From Octopus vulgaris (lineage: Eukaryota): a stretch of DNA of 64,000 bases. The stretch lies in assembly GCA_951406725.2 (NCBI GenBank), contig OX597827.1, positions 24,800,001-24,864,000 of the forward strand. The letters are read 5' to 3'. This document shows, in pieces, positions 39,413-51,965 of the stretch; positions within the stretch are counted from its first letter, which is position 1; each line of letters begins with the position of its first letter. A program made the position numbers and the translations under genes. The notes under the pieces are model-generated. The model was not told where the DNA came from. It did not search any database and saw nothing but the letters and a program-made list of their open reading frames with translations.

Positions 39413-39870
39413 ACGGACCTATGGAGTTATGTCGAACAGATGCTATCACGTGTAGGCCAGATCTAGCTATTTACCGATTCCATCGTGAAGATCGCTCCGC
39501 CACTTCCCTTCTTTTGTTCGGGATACACATGTAGTTATTGTTAGTCTAGTTTAGTGGCTATGGCGAGAAAAAATGTGGTAGACGTGGCCGAAAGTACTGA
39601 AACAGAAGCTTTGCTGTTCTGTCACAGCTTCGCCGATATTTTCAAGTTTCACTTCGAAAAGTATCTGAGGGTGGAGAGGGAGGTACCGACTACCCCCACC
39701 CCAGTACTCTTGTAAAAACGGTGGGTGAATATCACAAAAATTGCCCAACATGCAAAGTAAACACAGCGATGTCACTTGGCAAACCGCCTCATAAAAGTTA
39801 CTGCTGACACTCACTGTACACGCAACCGTGTGTTGGTATCTGTTGGCGTGCTACAGGACTAGTCCGGGAA

Positions 39871-40124
39871 GCTGTTTCGGTAGAATTTTATTGATGTATT
39901 CATGGATTATATTATAGTATAAATCCACCATCCTCACATAGAATTTTAAACGGGTAAAGATAGACAAGTAAAACCTTGATGATAACCTATTCAACAACAA
40001 ACATAAATAAGCGATATTTTTTTTAAATGAACAATCGAATTTATTGAGAAATTACAAAAGGATGGTGGATTTATGCTATGATGTAATCTACAAATATATC
40101 AATTAAATTCTACCGAAACAGCTG
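39871..40124. mobile_element. Tc1/mariner-type MITE with ~65-bp TIRs
   Basis: AGCTGTTTCGGTAGAATTT..AAATCCACCATCCT vs AGGATGGTGGATTT..AAATTCTACCGAAACAGCT; TA at the right end. Confidence 0.8.
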
Positions 40125-40163
40125 TAGTAAATGCTAGACCCCCATTAGTGTTCTCCCTTTTTT

Positions 40164-42664
40164 AGGGAAGACCGGGGCAAGTTGACTACAGGGGCACGTT
40201 GACACATTTACTCTAGAGAAAATGCGAAACTACTTTCGGACGACTTAATGAGATCATAGTAGTGCTGTTAGTATAAGCTTCGCCCCTCATTTGATTTCGT
40301 CGTCGTTGTGAGAGTTTGTCTGCTACACGCGGACAACATTGGAAATTTCCACTTGGTAAGTTATTTTCGACATTTTTGATAATTAGTTATTTTGGATATT
40401 GTTTAAAACTGCATTATGTGTATTAAACCTTAAGGAGTTAGTAAAATATCTCTCACGACCCTATACAAATGGATTCTTGCGAAAACCTAGTGGTTTTCTC
40501 TCAGTGCTTACATTTACGAGGGAAATGGGGGTCGGGGCAAGTTGACACATGTAAACAGGGGCGCGTTGACACAGTGTGACAACTTGACCTGGCCTTTGAT
40601 AAAGTTGTTGTAGGTGTTGCTTACATTGATTCACAGACTGTATCTGTCCCATTAGTTTTAGATCAGCTCTCTTTATCTAAACTAACCTATTCTATCGTCA
40701 TACCACTACCTACTTAGTCAACAGTTTGTCTACGGCCTCAGCTTTGTAACCTGTACCACTGATATATAAGCATGAAGTTATGCCGTGACCAGGCATGCTT
40801 GAAACTAAAAAGTAGGTGAACACTCAGAGCTTCGTTTTGCTTTCACTGTTGGATTATGCAATGAGCTAAATTGCTTTTTTTCTCCCCCTCTCCCTCTTTA
40901 CAGACCTAGATCTACAATTGTCATGGTTCGACACTACAAACGCAAAAGCGAGAGGGCAACCCTTCCACAGGATGTAATCCAACAGGATATTCAACGGGTC
41001 CGAGCTCGTGCCATCTCCTTGCGGCAAGCTTCGAGGACATTTGGCATCCTTTTAAAATATCTGTCTCGCTACTCCACCAAGGCCGATGAAGTAAACAACA
41101 ACGATCACAGTCTTAGTGGATACAAAAAGCCACGGCAAGTTCTCGCCGACGAGTTTTGGCTGCCACAGAAATTTACTATGGGCTTGCTCCAAAGGATGTG
41201 CGAAAATTGGCTTCTCAGATGGCAAAGGCAGATGGATGTAATATCCCTCCAACCTGGCATGAGACAGAAATGGCAGGTGAAGACTGGTTCTCTGGATATC
41301 TTCAACGACACAAGAATTTATCCACAAGAAGTCCACAGGCAACAAGCTTGGCACGAGCAACAAGTTTCAAACAAGACAAATGTTGCTATGTTTTTCTACC
41401 AACTTGCTGAGGTGATGCTTCGGTATAAATTTGATCCATTCAATATCTACAACATGGATGAAACTGGCATAACAACTGTGCAGCGCCCCGATAGAATTAT
41501 TTCCAGAAAAGGAACAAAGCAAGTGAGAAAAATGACAAGTGCAGAGAGGGGAACTCTGGTCACATTGGCATGCTGTGTAAATGCCGCTGGAAACAGCATA
41601 CCACCGTTTTTTGTTTTTCCCCGGAAGAACTTTAGGCCACATTTCCTGAACAATGGACCGTCAGGCAGCGATGGAGGTGCTAATCCATCTGGTTGGATGT
41701 TTGAGGAGCAGTTTGTGAAATTCCTTCAACACTTTGTGAGGAATGTGAAATGTTCAAAGCAGTCACCGTGCCTTCTCTTGCTGGACAATCACGATTCCCA
41801 CCTTAGTATCGAGGAGCTGAGTTATGCATCAGACAATGGCATCACCATGCTTTCTTTCCCACCTCACTGCACACACAGGTTACAACCGTTGGACAAAGCG
41901 GTCTATGGACCACTGAAGAAGTACACAAACACTGCCATTGATGACTGGCATATCAACCATCCTGGCCAGACCATGGCCATTTATGACATTCCGTGTATTG
42001 TCAAAACTGCATGGCCATTGACTGCAACTCCGACGAACATTCTTAGTGGCTTTTCTTCTACAGGAATATGCCCTTTTAATCGCAACATTTTCACAGACAG
42101 CGACTTTGCACCAAGCTATGTCACTGACCTGCGGGATCCTGCATTTTCCGCACCTGGGCCTTTAGCACCTGCAACACCTGGGCCTTCAAGCAACATAGCC
42201 GCCAGGTCTTTTCTTTCACCATTTCAAATCCGTCCACTACCCAAATCAGGCCCTAGGAAAGAATCAACCAGAGGAAGAAAGAAACGTTGTTCTGAAATCT
42301 TCACCGACTCGCCGGTTAAAAGAAAATCATAGAAGAAAAGACAAAAAGTAAAAGTAAAAAAGAAGACAAACATTGATAAAGGAACGACAGGAGAAGGACT
42401 CAGTAAGGGCAGGTCAACGAAGGGAAAAGGTTCAACTGTCAAGAAAAAAGTTAAAATTCAGGAAAGTGATACTTCTGATGAGGAAGGGTGCTATTGCTTA
42501 GTGTGCTGCGAGCCTTTTTCCAACAGCAAAGGAAAGGAAGTGTGGCTTCAATGCTCTGATTGTAAAGGTTGGGCTCACGAGGCATACACACCAGGTCTGA
42601 CAATATTAACATGCCCAAATTGTGACTCTGATGATGATATGTGTAGCGTAGATGATATCCTCAC
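40164..42664 (+). mobile_element. pogo-superfamily (Fot-like, DD35D) DNA transposon with C-terminal PHD finger; transposase disrupted
   Basis: NMDETG..LLLLDNHDSH..HCTHRLQPLD with 35 residues between D2 and D3; CENP-B-type HTH (AGEDWFSGYLQRHKNLS) lies in another frame; after an in-frame TAG, CLVC..WLQCSDCKGWAHEAY..CPNC; 5' end AGGGAAGACCGGGGCAAGTTGAC with subterminal repeats; 3' TIR not found. Confidence 0.88.
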
Positions 42665-43360
42665 TGTTTAAGAGATATATTAGAAACGATCTCGTGTTAG
42701 ATAACAACCATCTTCGGCTATTTTGACCCTGTTGTGTCCACTGCTCTGATTGGTTGACAGTGGCGCAGTTTGTCTCTTGACTTATTTCGCGCCAGTGTGT
42801 AAGCCAACCAATCACAGCCTTCGGATAAGGTCCCATAACACAGTCTTTTTGGGGTTTCACTGGAGCCCACCTCAGGTTATAAAAGGCACCAGCAAATCAC
42901 TATTTCTCGTCTTTGGTTCTAGTCCTTCTCAGGACTAACCTCTGACCACAGAGCAACTCAACCATGTCTTAGGTTCCAGTCCTTCTCAGGACTAACCTCT
43001 GACCACAGAGTGACTCAACCATTGACCACACCACAACCAGACATCCAGTTCCCGCGACGACGCTAACATATACCAGCAACGCAGGATGCTCTCCATCTCC
43101 GTCGCCTTCATCTCCAGCAACACCAATACGTACACAGCACTCGCTCAGGTTTAGCTTTCTCACTGTTGTGATTTTCACCAAGGTTAACATCACAGTACTA
43201 CCTGCAAGAATTCCTGTATCAAGAGACCTGGCACAGCGTTGAAGCCCCAACCACTACACGACATGTGTTTAACCGACATCCTGCCTTGTGACCCCAACAG
43301 CTTGTTACAGAACTATTACTATTGTGTAACCTTACTACGAACTGGTAAATTAACTGGTAA
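42665..43360 (+). mobile_element. Probable solo LTR (3' end lost under a SINE)
   Basis: Starts TG; inverted and direct CCAAT boxes (~42748, ~42809); TATAAAA at 42878; 57-bp tandem duplication; cuts off the pogo element. Confidence 0.5.
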
Positions 43361-43409
43361 AAAAGCCTTGTGAGTGGATCTGGTAGACGGAAACTGAAAG
43401 AATCCCGTC

Positions 43410-43450
<41 letters not shown>

Positions 43451-43509
43451 AGTTGGATAAATTTAGTGAAATGAAAATTAAGCCTTTTAATGTACTTATA
43501 TATATATAC

Positions 43510-43541
<32 letters not shown>

Positions 43542-43649
43542 TTGTTCCCCCATTGTCGCTTGACAATTGTACTAGGCTTACAAAGAATAAGTCCTGGGGT
43601 GCCCCAGCATAGCCACAGTCAAATGATCGAAACAAGTAAAAGAATAAAA

Positions 43650-43686
<37 letters not shown>

Positions 43687-43873
43687 TAGGTGAATGAATT
43701 ATCCTAGTATGGACAATTCGGTTAACCGATACCCGGGTAGCAAATTCACGTCAGAAAACACGGTTGAAGCTACATGCCAGGGACAGAAATCACGTGTTTT
43801 CGTGTGGAAATTTGTGTGTTTTTTTAACTATAAATAAGTGAAAGAATGGAGTCGAAAGACGATTTTAACAAAA

Positions 43874-43972
43874 TTCCTTTATTCTCGACATATGTTTCGA
43901 AGACTGCGTATTCTTAATTCCGAAGGAATAAAGGGTGCATTATGCCGCCTTCTCATCAGGAAAGACAAGGAA
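43874..43972 (-). ncRNA. Type I hammerhead ribozyme motif with extended stem II
   Basis: Minus: ttcctt-gtc-tttc CTGATGA gaaggcggc..gcagtcttc GAAA catatg TC gaga-ata-aaggaa; all core nucleotides present. Confidence 0.75.
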
Positions 43973-44147
43973 CCTATGTCAGCATCATGACAAACAAAAA
44001 CTTTTAGATGACTTCCCACATGGAGTCCACAGTGATAATGAGTGTTTCTTTAAAATATTCCGTTATAAGCAGTGACGTCAAAATTGGTTGGATGGAGAAT
44101 GTTCTAAGAATAGGAAGGGGACAGAGTGCAAGTCGTATGTACATAAC

Positions 44148-44676
44148 GATCTTGAGTAAGTTGAGAAAGAAAATATCTTGAAAGATCAATCATAATTATC
44201 AGGCAGTGACAACGGAAAGGTCTGCTTCAAGGCAGACAGCAAAACACTAACATTTAAAAGGGAAAGACGAACTTGCGAGCTGAAAAAAAAATATTGGAAA
44301 CCAAAGTTTGAAGGGATAGAATCTGAGGATAGTAGAGTCACCATGGCTGGCATTTCTTAACGACGGACAGCAACGTAGTGGCAGTTTAACGGCTGGCGTA
44401 AAATTTTGAACTTCACCAAGTTTTGAAGTGGTTCTTTCTCACAACAGTAGACTCACCATGGCAAACATTCAAAACTTCTTCATCATGGACGGCAACACAT
44501 TGACGATTTAAAGGCTGGCGCAAATTTTTTAGCTTGATGTAACAGAGAATTCCTAAACACCCGCTCCTGTAAATTTTAATCCCCTTCCAGCCCCATTTAG
44601 ACCCCTTTTCACATTTTGGTTAATATAACCCGATTTCATTCGGGTCTACTCGGGCCACAATTTATAAGATGAGGAA
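44148..44676 (-). repeat. Left arm of ~530-bp inverted repeat (right arm 45998-46544)
   Basis: Colinear reverse-complement match with small indels. Confidence 0.9.
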
Positions 44677-44792
44677 TTTTGTCCTAGAGGTCACGCCTTT
44701 CATTTGAGGAAAAAATAGGTGCCATGCAAACTCGCCGGCACTTTTAACATAGGGGTGCATATTTTCAGCTCAACCGACCACATAATGCACAC

Positions 44793-44835
<43 letters not shown>

Positions 44836-44849
44836 CTACGTATATACGC

Positions 44850-44900
<51 letters not shown>

Positions 44901-45359
44901 ACGCATTATATATACAAATGTATACAAATTATTATATATATATCTCTATATATAAAACTGAAATGCGTTTTTACCGCTTGGTTCGCTTTCAATGCCACTA
45001 CATCCCGTCCGATTCGCTCCAAAATTTACAGGGACATGTAGAATGAGGTGACGATGCGCGTGGGCTACCTTACAAATCCCTATCTTAAAAGGTGTGGTTG
45101 CTAGGGGCCATCTTCCTACCTCACCCTATTTCCTCCAGTACTCTGTCACTCCTCTTCATTTGACAATGCAACTACCGTTATTTAATGTAAAGTCTTCCTC
45201 AAATCACTCTGTAGCTATTTACTCTCTTCCAAGAACATTTTCACTCACTCTATCTCTTACCTTCCTATACATTTTACTCATGTATCTCTCAGCGTTCATG
45301 GACAGTAACAAATATTACTCGCCATCCCCATCGCCATCGCATTCTATTGTCTACCTGTC

Positions 45360-45401
<42 letters not shown>

Positions 45402-45505
45402 CATACATCTCATATAATATTTTTATTTTTATGTTTTTGCTTTTGGTTTTTTACTGTTTCATTTTCCTATTAGTGGTTTTATCTCTAATTTAATTTCTAC
45501 AGCGT

Positions 45506-45554
<49 letters not shown>

Positions 45555-45800
45555 TATGTAGCCCCAGTACACCCGAATGAAATCGGGTTCTCTTCATCAA
45601 AATGTGAAAAGGGGTCTACAATTATCATCGCCACAACTTATGTATGTCTTCCTCACTCACTCACTCTTTTTCCTAATGATAATTCTCATCGCCACCACCA
45701 ACACCACCAACACACAATCTGGACAATCTTTCTCTTATAACAAATCATGTTTACATTGCAACGACGTCTGCCACCTCCGCCGTCTCTATTTATTCTGCAA

Positions 45801-45995
45801 ATGACCAGAACTCGGGAAACTTAGTTTAGTGTTCTATGGTCTATGACCAGAACTCGGGAAACTTGGTCGAGTGTTCTATGGTCTATGACCAGAACTCGGG
45901 AAACTTGCTTGACTGTTCTATGGTCTATGACCGGAAATCGGGAAACTTGGTTGAGTGTTCTATGGTCTATGACCAGAACTTGGGAAACTTGGTTG
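45801..45995. repeat. 42-bp minisatellite x~4.6
   Basis: Unit ATGACCAGAACTCGGGAAACTTGGTCGAGTGTTCTATGGTCT. Confidence 0.92.
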
Positions 45996-46677
45996 TGTCC
46001 TCATCTTATAAAATGTGGCCCCAGTAGACCCAAATTAAATCGGGTTATATTAACCAAAAGGTGAAAAGGGGTATAAATGGGGCTGGAAGGGGATTAAAAT
46101 TTAAAGGAGCGGGTGTTTAGCAATTCTCTGTTACATCAAGCTAAAAAATTTGCTCCAGCCTTTTAATCGTCAATGTGTTGCCGTCCATGATGAAGAAGTT
46201 TTGAATGCTTGCCATCGTGAGTCTACTGTCGTGAGAAAGAATCAAGTCAAAACTTGGTTTTTAGGGATTTTCTTTTACATCAAGTTCAAACTTTTACGCC
46301 AGCCGTTGAACTGTCAATACGTTGCTAGAAATGCCAGCCATGGTGACTCTACTATCCTCAAATTCTATCCCTTCAAACTTTGGTTTCCAATATTTTATTA
46401 TTTTTATTCATCTCGCAAGTTCGTCTGTCCCTTTTAAATGTTAGTGTTTTGCTGTCTGTCTTGAAGCAGACCTTTCCTTTGTAACTGCCTGATATTTATG
46501 ATTGATCTTTCTATATATTTTATTTCTCAACTTACTCAAGATCTTTTGTTGTTTATAAATGGGAGAGAGATACATAAAGATAGAGAGTAAGAGAAAGCGA
46601 GGGAGAGTCCGAGAGAAAGGAAGAGTAAGAGAGTGGGAAAGTGAGAGAGAAAGGAGAAAGAAACAAAGAGGGAGAAT

Positions 46678-46997
46678 CATCATCATCATCATCATCATCA
46701 TCGTTTAACGTCCGTTTTCCGTGCTAGCACGGGTTGGACAGTTTGACAGGGGTCTGCGAAGCCAGGAGGCTGCACCAGGCTCCAGTCTGATCTGGTAGTG
46801 TTTCGACAGGTGGATGCCCTTCCTAACGCCAACCACTCTGTGAGCGTAGTGGGTGCTTTTTTCGTGCCGCCTGCACAGGTGCCAGGGGGGCTGGCAGCGG
46901 CCACGATCGGTTGGTGCTTTTTACGTGCCACCAGCACAGAAGCCAGTCAAGGCGGCGCTGCAATCCGCCACGTTCGGATGGTGCTTTTTACGTGCTG
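46678..46997 (-). mobile_element. RTE LINE 3' UTR fragment
   Basis: Reverse complement of ~60620-60925 including the (GAT)n tail. Confidence 0.85.
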
Positions 46998-47063
46998 AAA
47001 GGAAGCAACAGAAAGTAACAACCACACTCTTACCCGCGCGTAGAGCGGGTCACCTTCAGCTAG

Positions 47064-47957
47064 TCTATATTATAATTCTGAAATGCGAAAAGTTTGTCTG
47101 GTTTTGGCATTGGAACGGGTTAAGGGGCACTAGATGGGGTCGGATTAGCTCCAAAATTTACTGAGACATGTAAAATGAGGTGAGGATGCGAGTGGGCTAG
47201 GTTAGAAATCCCTATCTTAAAAGGTGTCGTTGCTAGGGCGAAAAACGCACACTTTGACAAGTCTCCTCTCATTCTTTTATCTGCCTGTCTTCCTCCATCT
47301 CTCTCTCTTTCTCTCTCTCTTTCCTCCCTTCCTTTCACTTTCTCTCTATAACGTCGTTTGATAGCGTCTACTATCTTTTCCCCGCCGCCTTCACCAGCGC
47401 TGTCACTCTCTCTCTCTCTACGTCTCTCTCTCTCTTTCCCCCTTCCCTCCAATTTCTCTCTATAACGACGTTTGACACCTCCGCCGTCTCTCTTTCTTCT
47501 CTACGGCCGCTCTCAATGTATGTCTGTTTGTATCTATAAAGACGAAACGTGACAGCCGCAAAAGCTTAAATATTCCCACCACAGGTCTTTCAGAAAGGTG
47601 AATTATTATATCCCACCACCAACGCACAATTATAACAGATATTATTTATCAGAAGATATGTTATTATTTTGCGTGGATAAAAGATTTGCTGTGCTAAGAA
47701 ACATACCCTTTTAAAGAATTTATTTGTATGCTCAAGGCGACCGTCGTTAACAAAAATTTGTCGGTAAATTTGAAAAATTTTCCAGTTTTGAAATATTTAC
47801 TTCTTAACTATTTTATTCGTTTTCTCATTGTAAACCAAATCATCTTTAGGTTTCAAAATATTTTATTTTTCAGTCCTCTCTTTCATATATGACTTTTTCT
47901 TCCTCGATCTCTCAAGCAAAACATCACTCGCGCGTAGAGCGGGTCACCGTAAGCTAG
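47064..47957 (+). mobile_element. Non-autonomous Helitron, head-to-tail with the previous one
   Basis: Starts TCTATATTATAATTCTGAAATGCG immediately after CTAG; ends ACTCGCGCGTAGAGCGGGT..CTAG followed by T. Confidence 0.8.
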
Positions 47958-48386
47958 TATATATATATATATATAAGGCAATTTTTCCAAAATACGCCAG
48001 CCAAACTTGTTTGCACTGTTATTAGTCGTAAGACACCTGCTGATTTTATCATTATCGCTTTTGTATTTCATGTTTTTGTAGTTCATTATTGTTTTTTTGT
48101 TTTTTATATTCGTGTGGCACCGTCCGTTTTGCTGTCCCTGTGTTCGTATGCATTCGATCCTTCTTCCAGGAAATCTACGCTCCTAGCTTAGTTTTTCTAA
48201 TGCTCGTTGCTTAGTTTTTCCTGGAGGGCTGGCCGGATCTAGTAATCTCAAGATTAATCAGCGGAAATTACTACGATGATCCGGTTCTTGACTGAAGACT
48301 GAGGGCTTCGAATGTCCTGTCTGTGTTGGTTGTATCGTCTTCTAAGTGTTATGCGTTCTTGTCACAGTTTGTATTTTTTTTTACAT

Positions 48387-48451
<65 letters not shown>

Positions 48452-48636
48452 GTATATATATATAAATACAGATATATACACTTTGTATATATACATATTT
48501 ATATATAGAACACACACATATATAAATTAACCCAATAAATATCTGATTCGTAATATTTGTTCTCATGATTGTGTGGTGGTGGTGGTGGTGGTGGTGGTGG
48601 TGGTGGTGATAATTCTCTCTATGAATGCAGACAGAC

Positions 48637-48639
<3 letters not shown>

Positions 48640-48670
<31 letters not shown>

Positions 48671-48990
48671 ACAGCGCTAGCGAAGCGGCGGGGGAAAGAT
48701 AGTAGACGCTATGAAACGACATTATAGAGAGAAAGTGAAAGGAAAGGAGGAAAGAGAGAGAGATGGAGGAAGACAGGCAGATAATAGAATGAGAGTAGAC
48801 TTGTCAAAGTGTGTGTTTTTTGCCCTAGTAACGACACCTTTTAAGATAGGGATTTCTAACCTAGCCCACTCGCATCCGCACCTCATTTAAATTTTAGAGT
48901 CAATCCAACCCCATCTAGTGCCCTTTAACCCGTTCCAATGCCAAAACCAGACAAACAAACTTTTCGCATTTCAGATTTATAGATATTGAT
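48640..48990 (-). mobile_element. 5' half of the same Helitron family, inverted
   Basis: Reverse complement of 47064-47430. Confidence 0.8.
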
Positions 48991-49007
48991 ATATATATAT
49001 GTATGTA

Positions 49008-49081
<74 letters not shown>

Positions 49082-49267
49082 CATATATATCATATATATA
49101 TATAGTGGTCGTATGCTGTCAACTCAATGTGACAGTCCCGTAAGGGAATTACATCACCGCCATTTAGCCCTAGGAAGCATCGACGTTTCCTGTCGGCTTT
49201 GACACATTTTCTGTGTCCTTATATTTGCAAAGGGGAGGCAATCACCCCCACCAGCTGGGACTAATCA

Positions 49268-49313
49268 CCTGAAGACATATGTTTCTGAGTCTATTGATCG
49301 TCGTCAGTTCAGA
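49268..49313 (-). ncRNA. Type I hammerhead ribozyme-like motif
   Basis: Minus: tctgaa CTGACGA cgatcaatagactca GAAA catatg TC ttcagg; stem I 6 bp, palindromic stem III, imperfect stem II. Confidence 0.6.
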
Positions 49314-49550
49314 GTATCCTGTCTCGCTCGCTGAGATGACTGCAACCTCTCTCTCTATATATATATATATACTGTTGTGTCTGGAGAAAGTCATTTTCTT
49401 TTTGTGCCTTATAATGTAACACACTCACCAATAAAATTTCCACTTATTTCTTATTTTTATTTTCCTAAAATTTTCGTTGTGTCTTGCAACCTTTTCAATA
49501 GTCTTGACTGTCCTTTATTTACACTGCGTTCCCTTTTGTTTGTTTGTGTG

Positions 49551-49599
<49 letters not shown>

Positions 49600-49996
49600 G
49601 TGTGCCTGCCCATGCATGCATGCATGTACGTATGTATGTATGTATGTATGCATGTATGTATGTATGTGTGTGAGCGTGTGTATGTATATGTATGCACCTC
49701 TGTCTCCTTGTGTATGTGTATATGTATACACCTCTGTCTCCTTGTGTGTGTGCATGTCTGTGTGTGTGCGTGTTTTGCAACTATGTATCATCTTTGTATG
49801 TATGGATGTGCATCTTTATATGTGTGGACACGTGTCTCCATATGTGTCATTGTGTGGAGTAAAGTGTGTGTGTATATACGGTCGTGTGTTTCAGTCTCCA
49901 TTTGAAAATGTGTGCTTGTCTTTTCGTATAACCTATGTACCTATCTGTCTGTATGTTGATCTGTTTATGTTCATGTCCATATGCTTACAAACATGT

Positions 49997-50065
<69 letters not shown>

Positions 50066-50134
50066 TCTACATAACAGCCCGCTAACTATTCTACTCTACC
50101 TGTGTAAACTGTGGGTATGGAGGTATGATATCTA

Positions 50135-50835
50135 CTATATATATTTCCTATTTAGTATTGGGGAAGTTTCATTTATAAGGACGTACTCCCGTATTTGTCT
50201 GAGTGTTGGGTCTTTTGAGTACCTGGATAAGATGCGGATGTCGAGTTGACCCAAGTTGCCTTCATGGCGGTCTTTGGTATGTTGGTAGAGTATGGAGGAC
50301 TGTTTTTTGTCGTCATATTGTCTCAGATGTTCATTTAGTCTTCCGCAATGCTCCTAGATGTCTCCCCTATGTACGTCATGTTTATATCTTTACAAGCACC
50401 TTCTATACATCTTATGCTGTAAACTACATTTCGAGTTCTACAGTTAATGCCAGGTCTAATTCTACATACCATGCAGTTATCATTGGTGCATATGGTATTC
50501 TCAAAGGGTTACGTCCTACATAGTTGTGATCTGACGGAGTTCCCTGGCTTTTGAACAATCTTAATGTTGAGTTTGGTCTCCTTCAGAGCTTTTCTAAATC
50601 TACAGGCTAGTTCTCTATGGGCTGTGACCTCTACAAACATCACTCCTTGATATTTGTCGGTTTTATACCACATGTTCGCCCTGTATGCTTTGTCACAAGT
50701 TCTTTGTATCATATTCCATTCCTTGTTTCTATATCTAGGGCAGGTACCACTGGTATCATTACGTGTAATGTTGTCTAATTTCTTTCTAGCCCCACTGTAT
50801 ACTCAAACCCTATCTTTCTAATCATATACAGAGAA
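50135..50835 (-). pseudogene. Penelope-like element fragment (RT thumb, Cys-rich linker, GIY-YIG endonuclease; Neptune-like)
   Basis: WYKTDKYQGVMFVE..KIVQKPGNSVRSQL, frameshift, NPFENTICTNDNCMVC..CRTRNVVYSIRC..YIGETSRSIAERLNEH..LRQIREYVLI..PILNRK. Confidence 0.85.
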
Positions 50836-51726
50836 CTGCATGGAGAGAGGATATGAGAGAGAGAGAGAGAGAGAAAGGAGAGGCTGGAACTGCTGGTGAA
50901 AGATGGTAATGCTTAGATCAACATTATTATCAGATCTTTTTTATATACAACAGAAATTAGTCATAAGAATTTACAGTTCAGTACATCCCCACCACCCCAC
51001 CACCCCTCCACCCAGCTCCCTCCTTCCTTCCTTCCTTCCTTCCCTCCTTCCCTCCTTTTCCCTCCCTTTCTCCCTTTCTCTTTCTCCACGTCACAACTCC
51101 TTCCCCCCAAACAATCCAGTACCACTCCATGACACACATTCTACAACAACAACAACAACAATAATGATAATTCAAAGACAGACTTCAACACATTTCGGCA
51201 ATGAGAATCAACAATTCTTCTTAGGAACTATAAGTAGATTTTCACACACACACACAAACGCACGTGTACACACACACACTCACAGACGCACGTGTACACA
51301 CACACATACACGCGCACACAGAGTGAATCTATACAATGGGCTTCTTTCAGTTTCCATCAACTAAATTCACTCACTATGCTATAGAAGGAGACACTTGCCC
51401 ATGGTGCCACAATGTGGCACTGAACCTGGAATCATGTGTCTTTGAAGCAAGCATCTCTTTAAATATCAGAAGCTACAAACGATAATGTTTTCGTCATTTC
51501 TTCTGTCAATAATTTGTCTGCTGGTCTTGAATCTTTGAAAACATAGGAAATAAAGGAGTAAGGATTAACAACGAGAAGGGCTTCCAAAAAATGCCTTAAT
51601 AATATGTTCATCTAACCCAGATGCAACTCCAGGTCATCAGCATCACTTGGGCTCATCACAGAATTCATGACCCAGGCTCATCACAGATTTTGCTTAAGCC
51701 ACATGTCTGCTCAAAGAATTTCACTG

Positions 51727-51965
51727 AAGGCGGCGAGCTGGCAGAATCGTTAGCGTGCCGAGTGAAATGGTTAGCGGTATGTCATCTGCTGCTACATTCT
51801 GAGTTCAAATTCCGCCGAGGTCGACTTTGCCTTTCATCCTTGCGGGGTCGATAAATTAAGTATCAGTTATGCACTGGGGTTGATGTAATCGACTTAATCT
51901 GTTTGTCTGTCCTTGTTTGTCCTCTCTATTTTTAACCCCTTGTGGGCAATAAAGAAATAAGAATT
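51727..51965 (+). mobile_element. SINE family B, near full length
   Basis: AAGGCGGCGAGCTGGCAGAA head, GAGTTCAAATTCC B-box, Meta-like core, AATAAAGAAATAAG tail. Confidence 0.9.

Larger units (their letters stand above)
44945..47063 (+). mobile_element. Composite non-autonomous Helitron
   Basis: 5' TCTATATATAAAACTGAAATGCG; 3' hairpin ACCCGCGCGTAGAGCGGGT then CTAG; carries a minisatellite and an RTE 3' UTR insertion. Whether both ends belong to one element is uncertain. Confidence 0.6.

Noticed and set aside
45801-45995. CRISPR-like appearance of the 42-bp palindromic repeat
   Set aside because: No unique spacers, units are contiguous, no cas genes, eukaryotic context
48288-48325. CTGAAGACTGAGGGCTTCGAATGTC hammerhead-like string
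   Set aside because: GAAA is incomplete and there is no stem III
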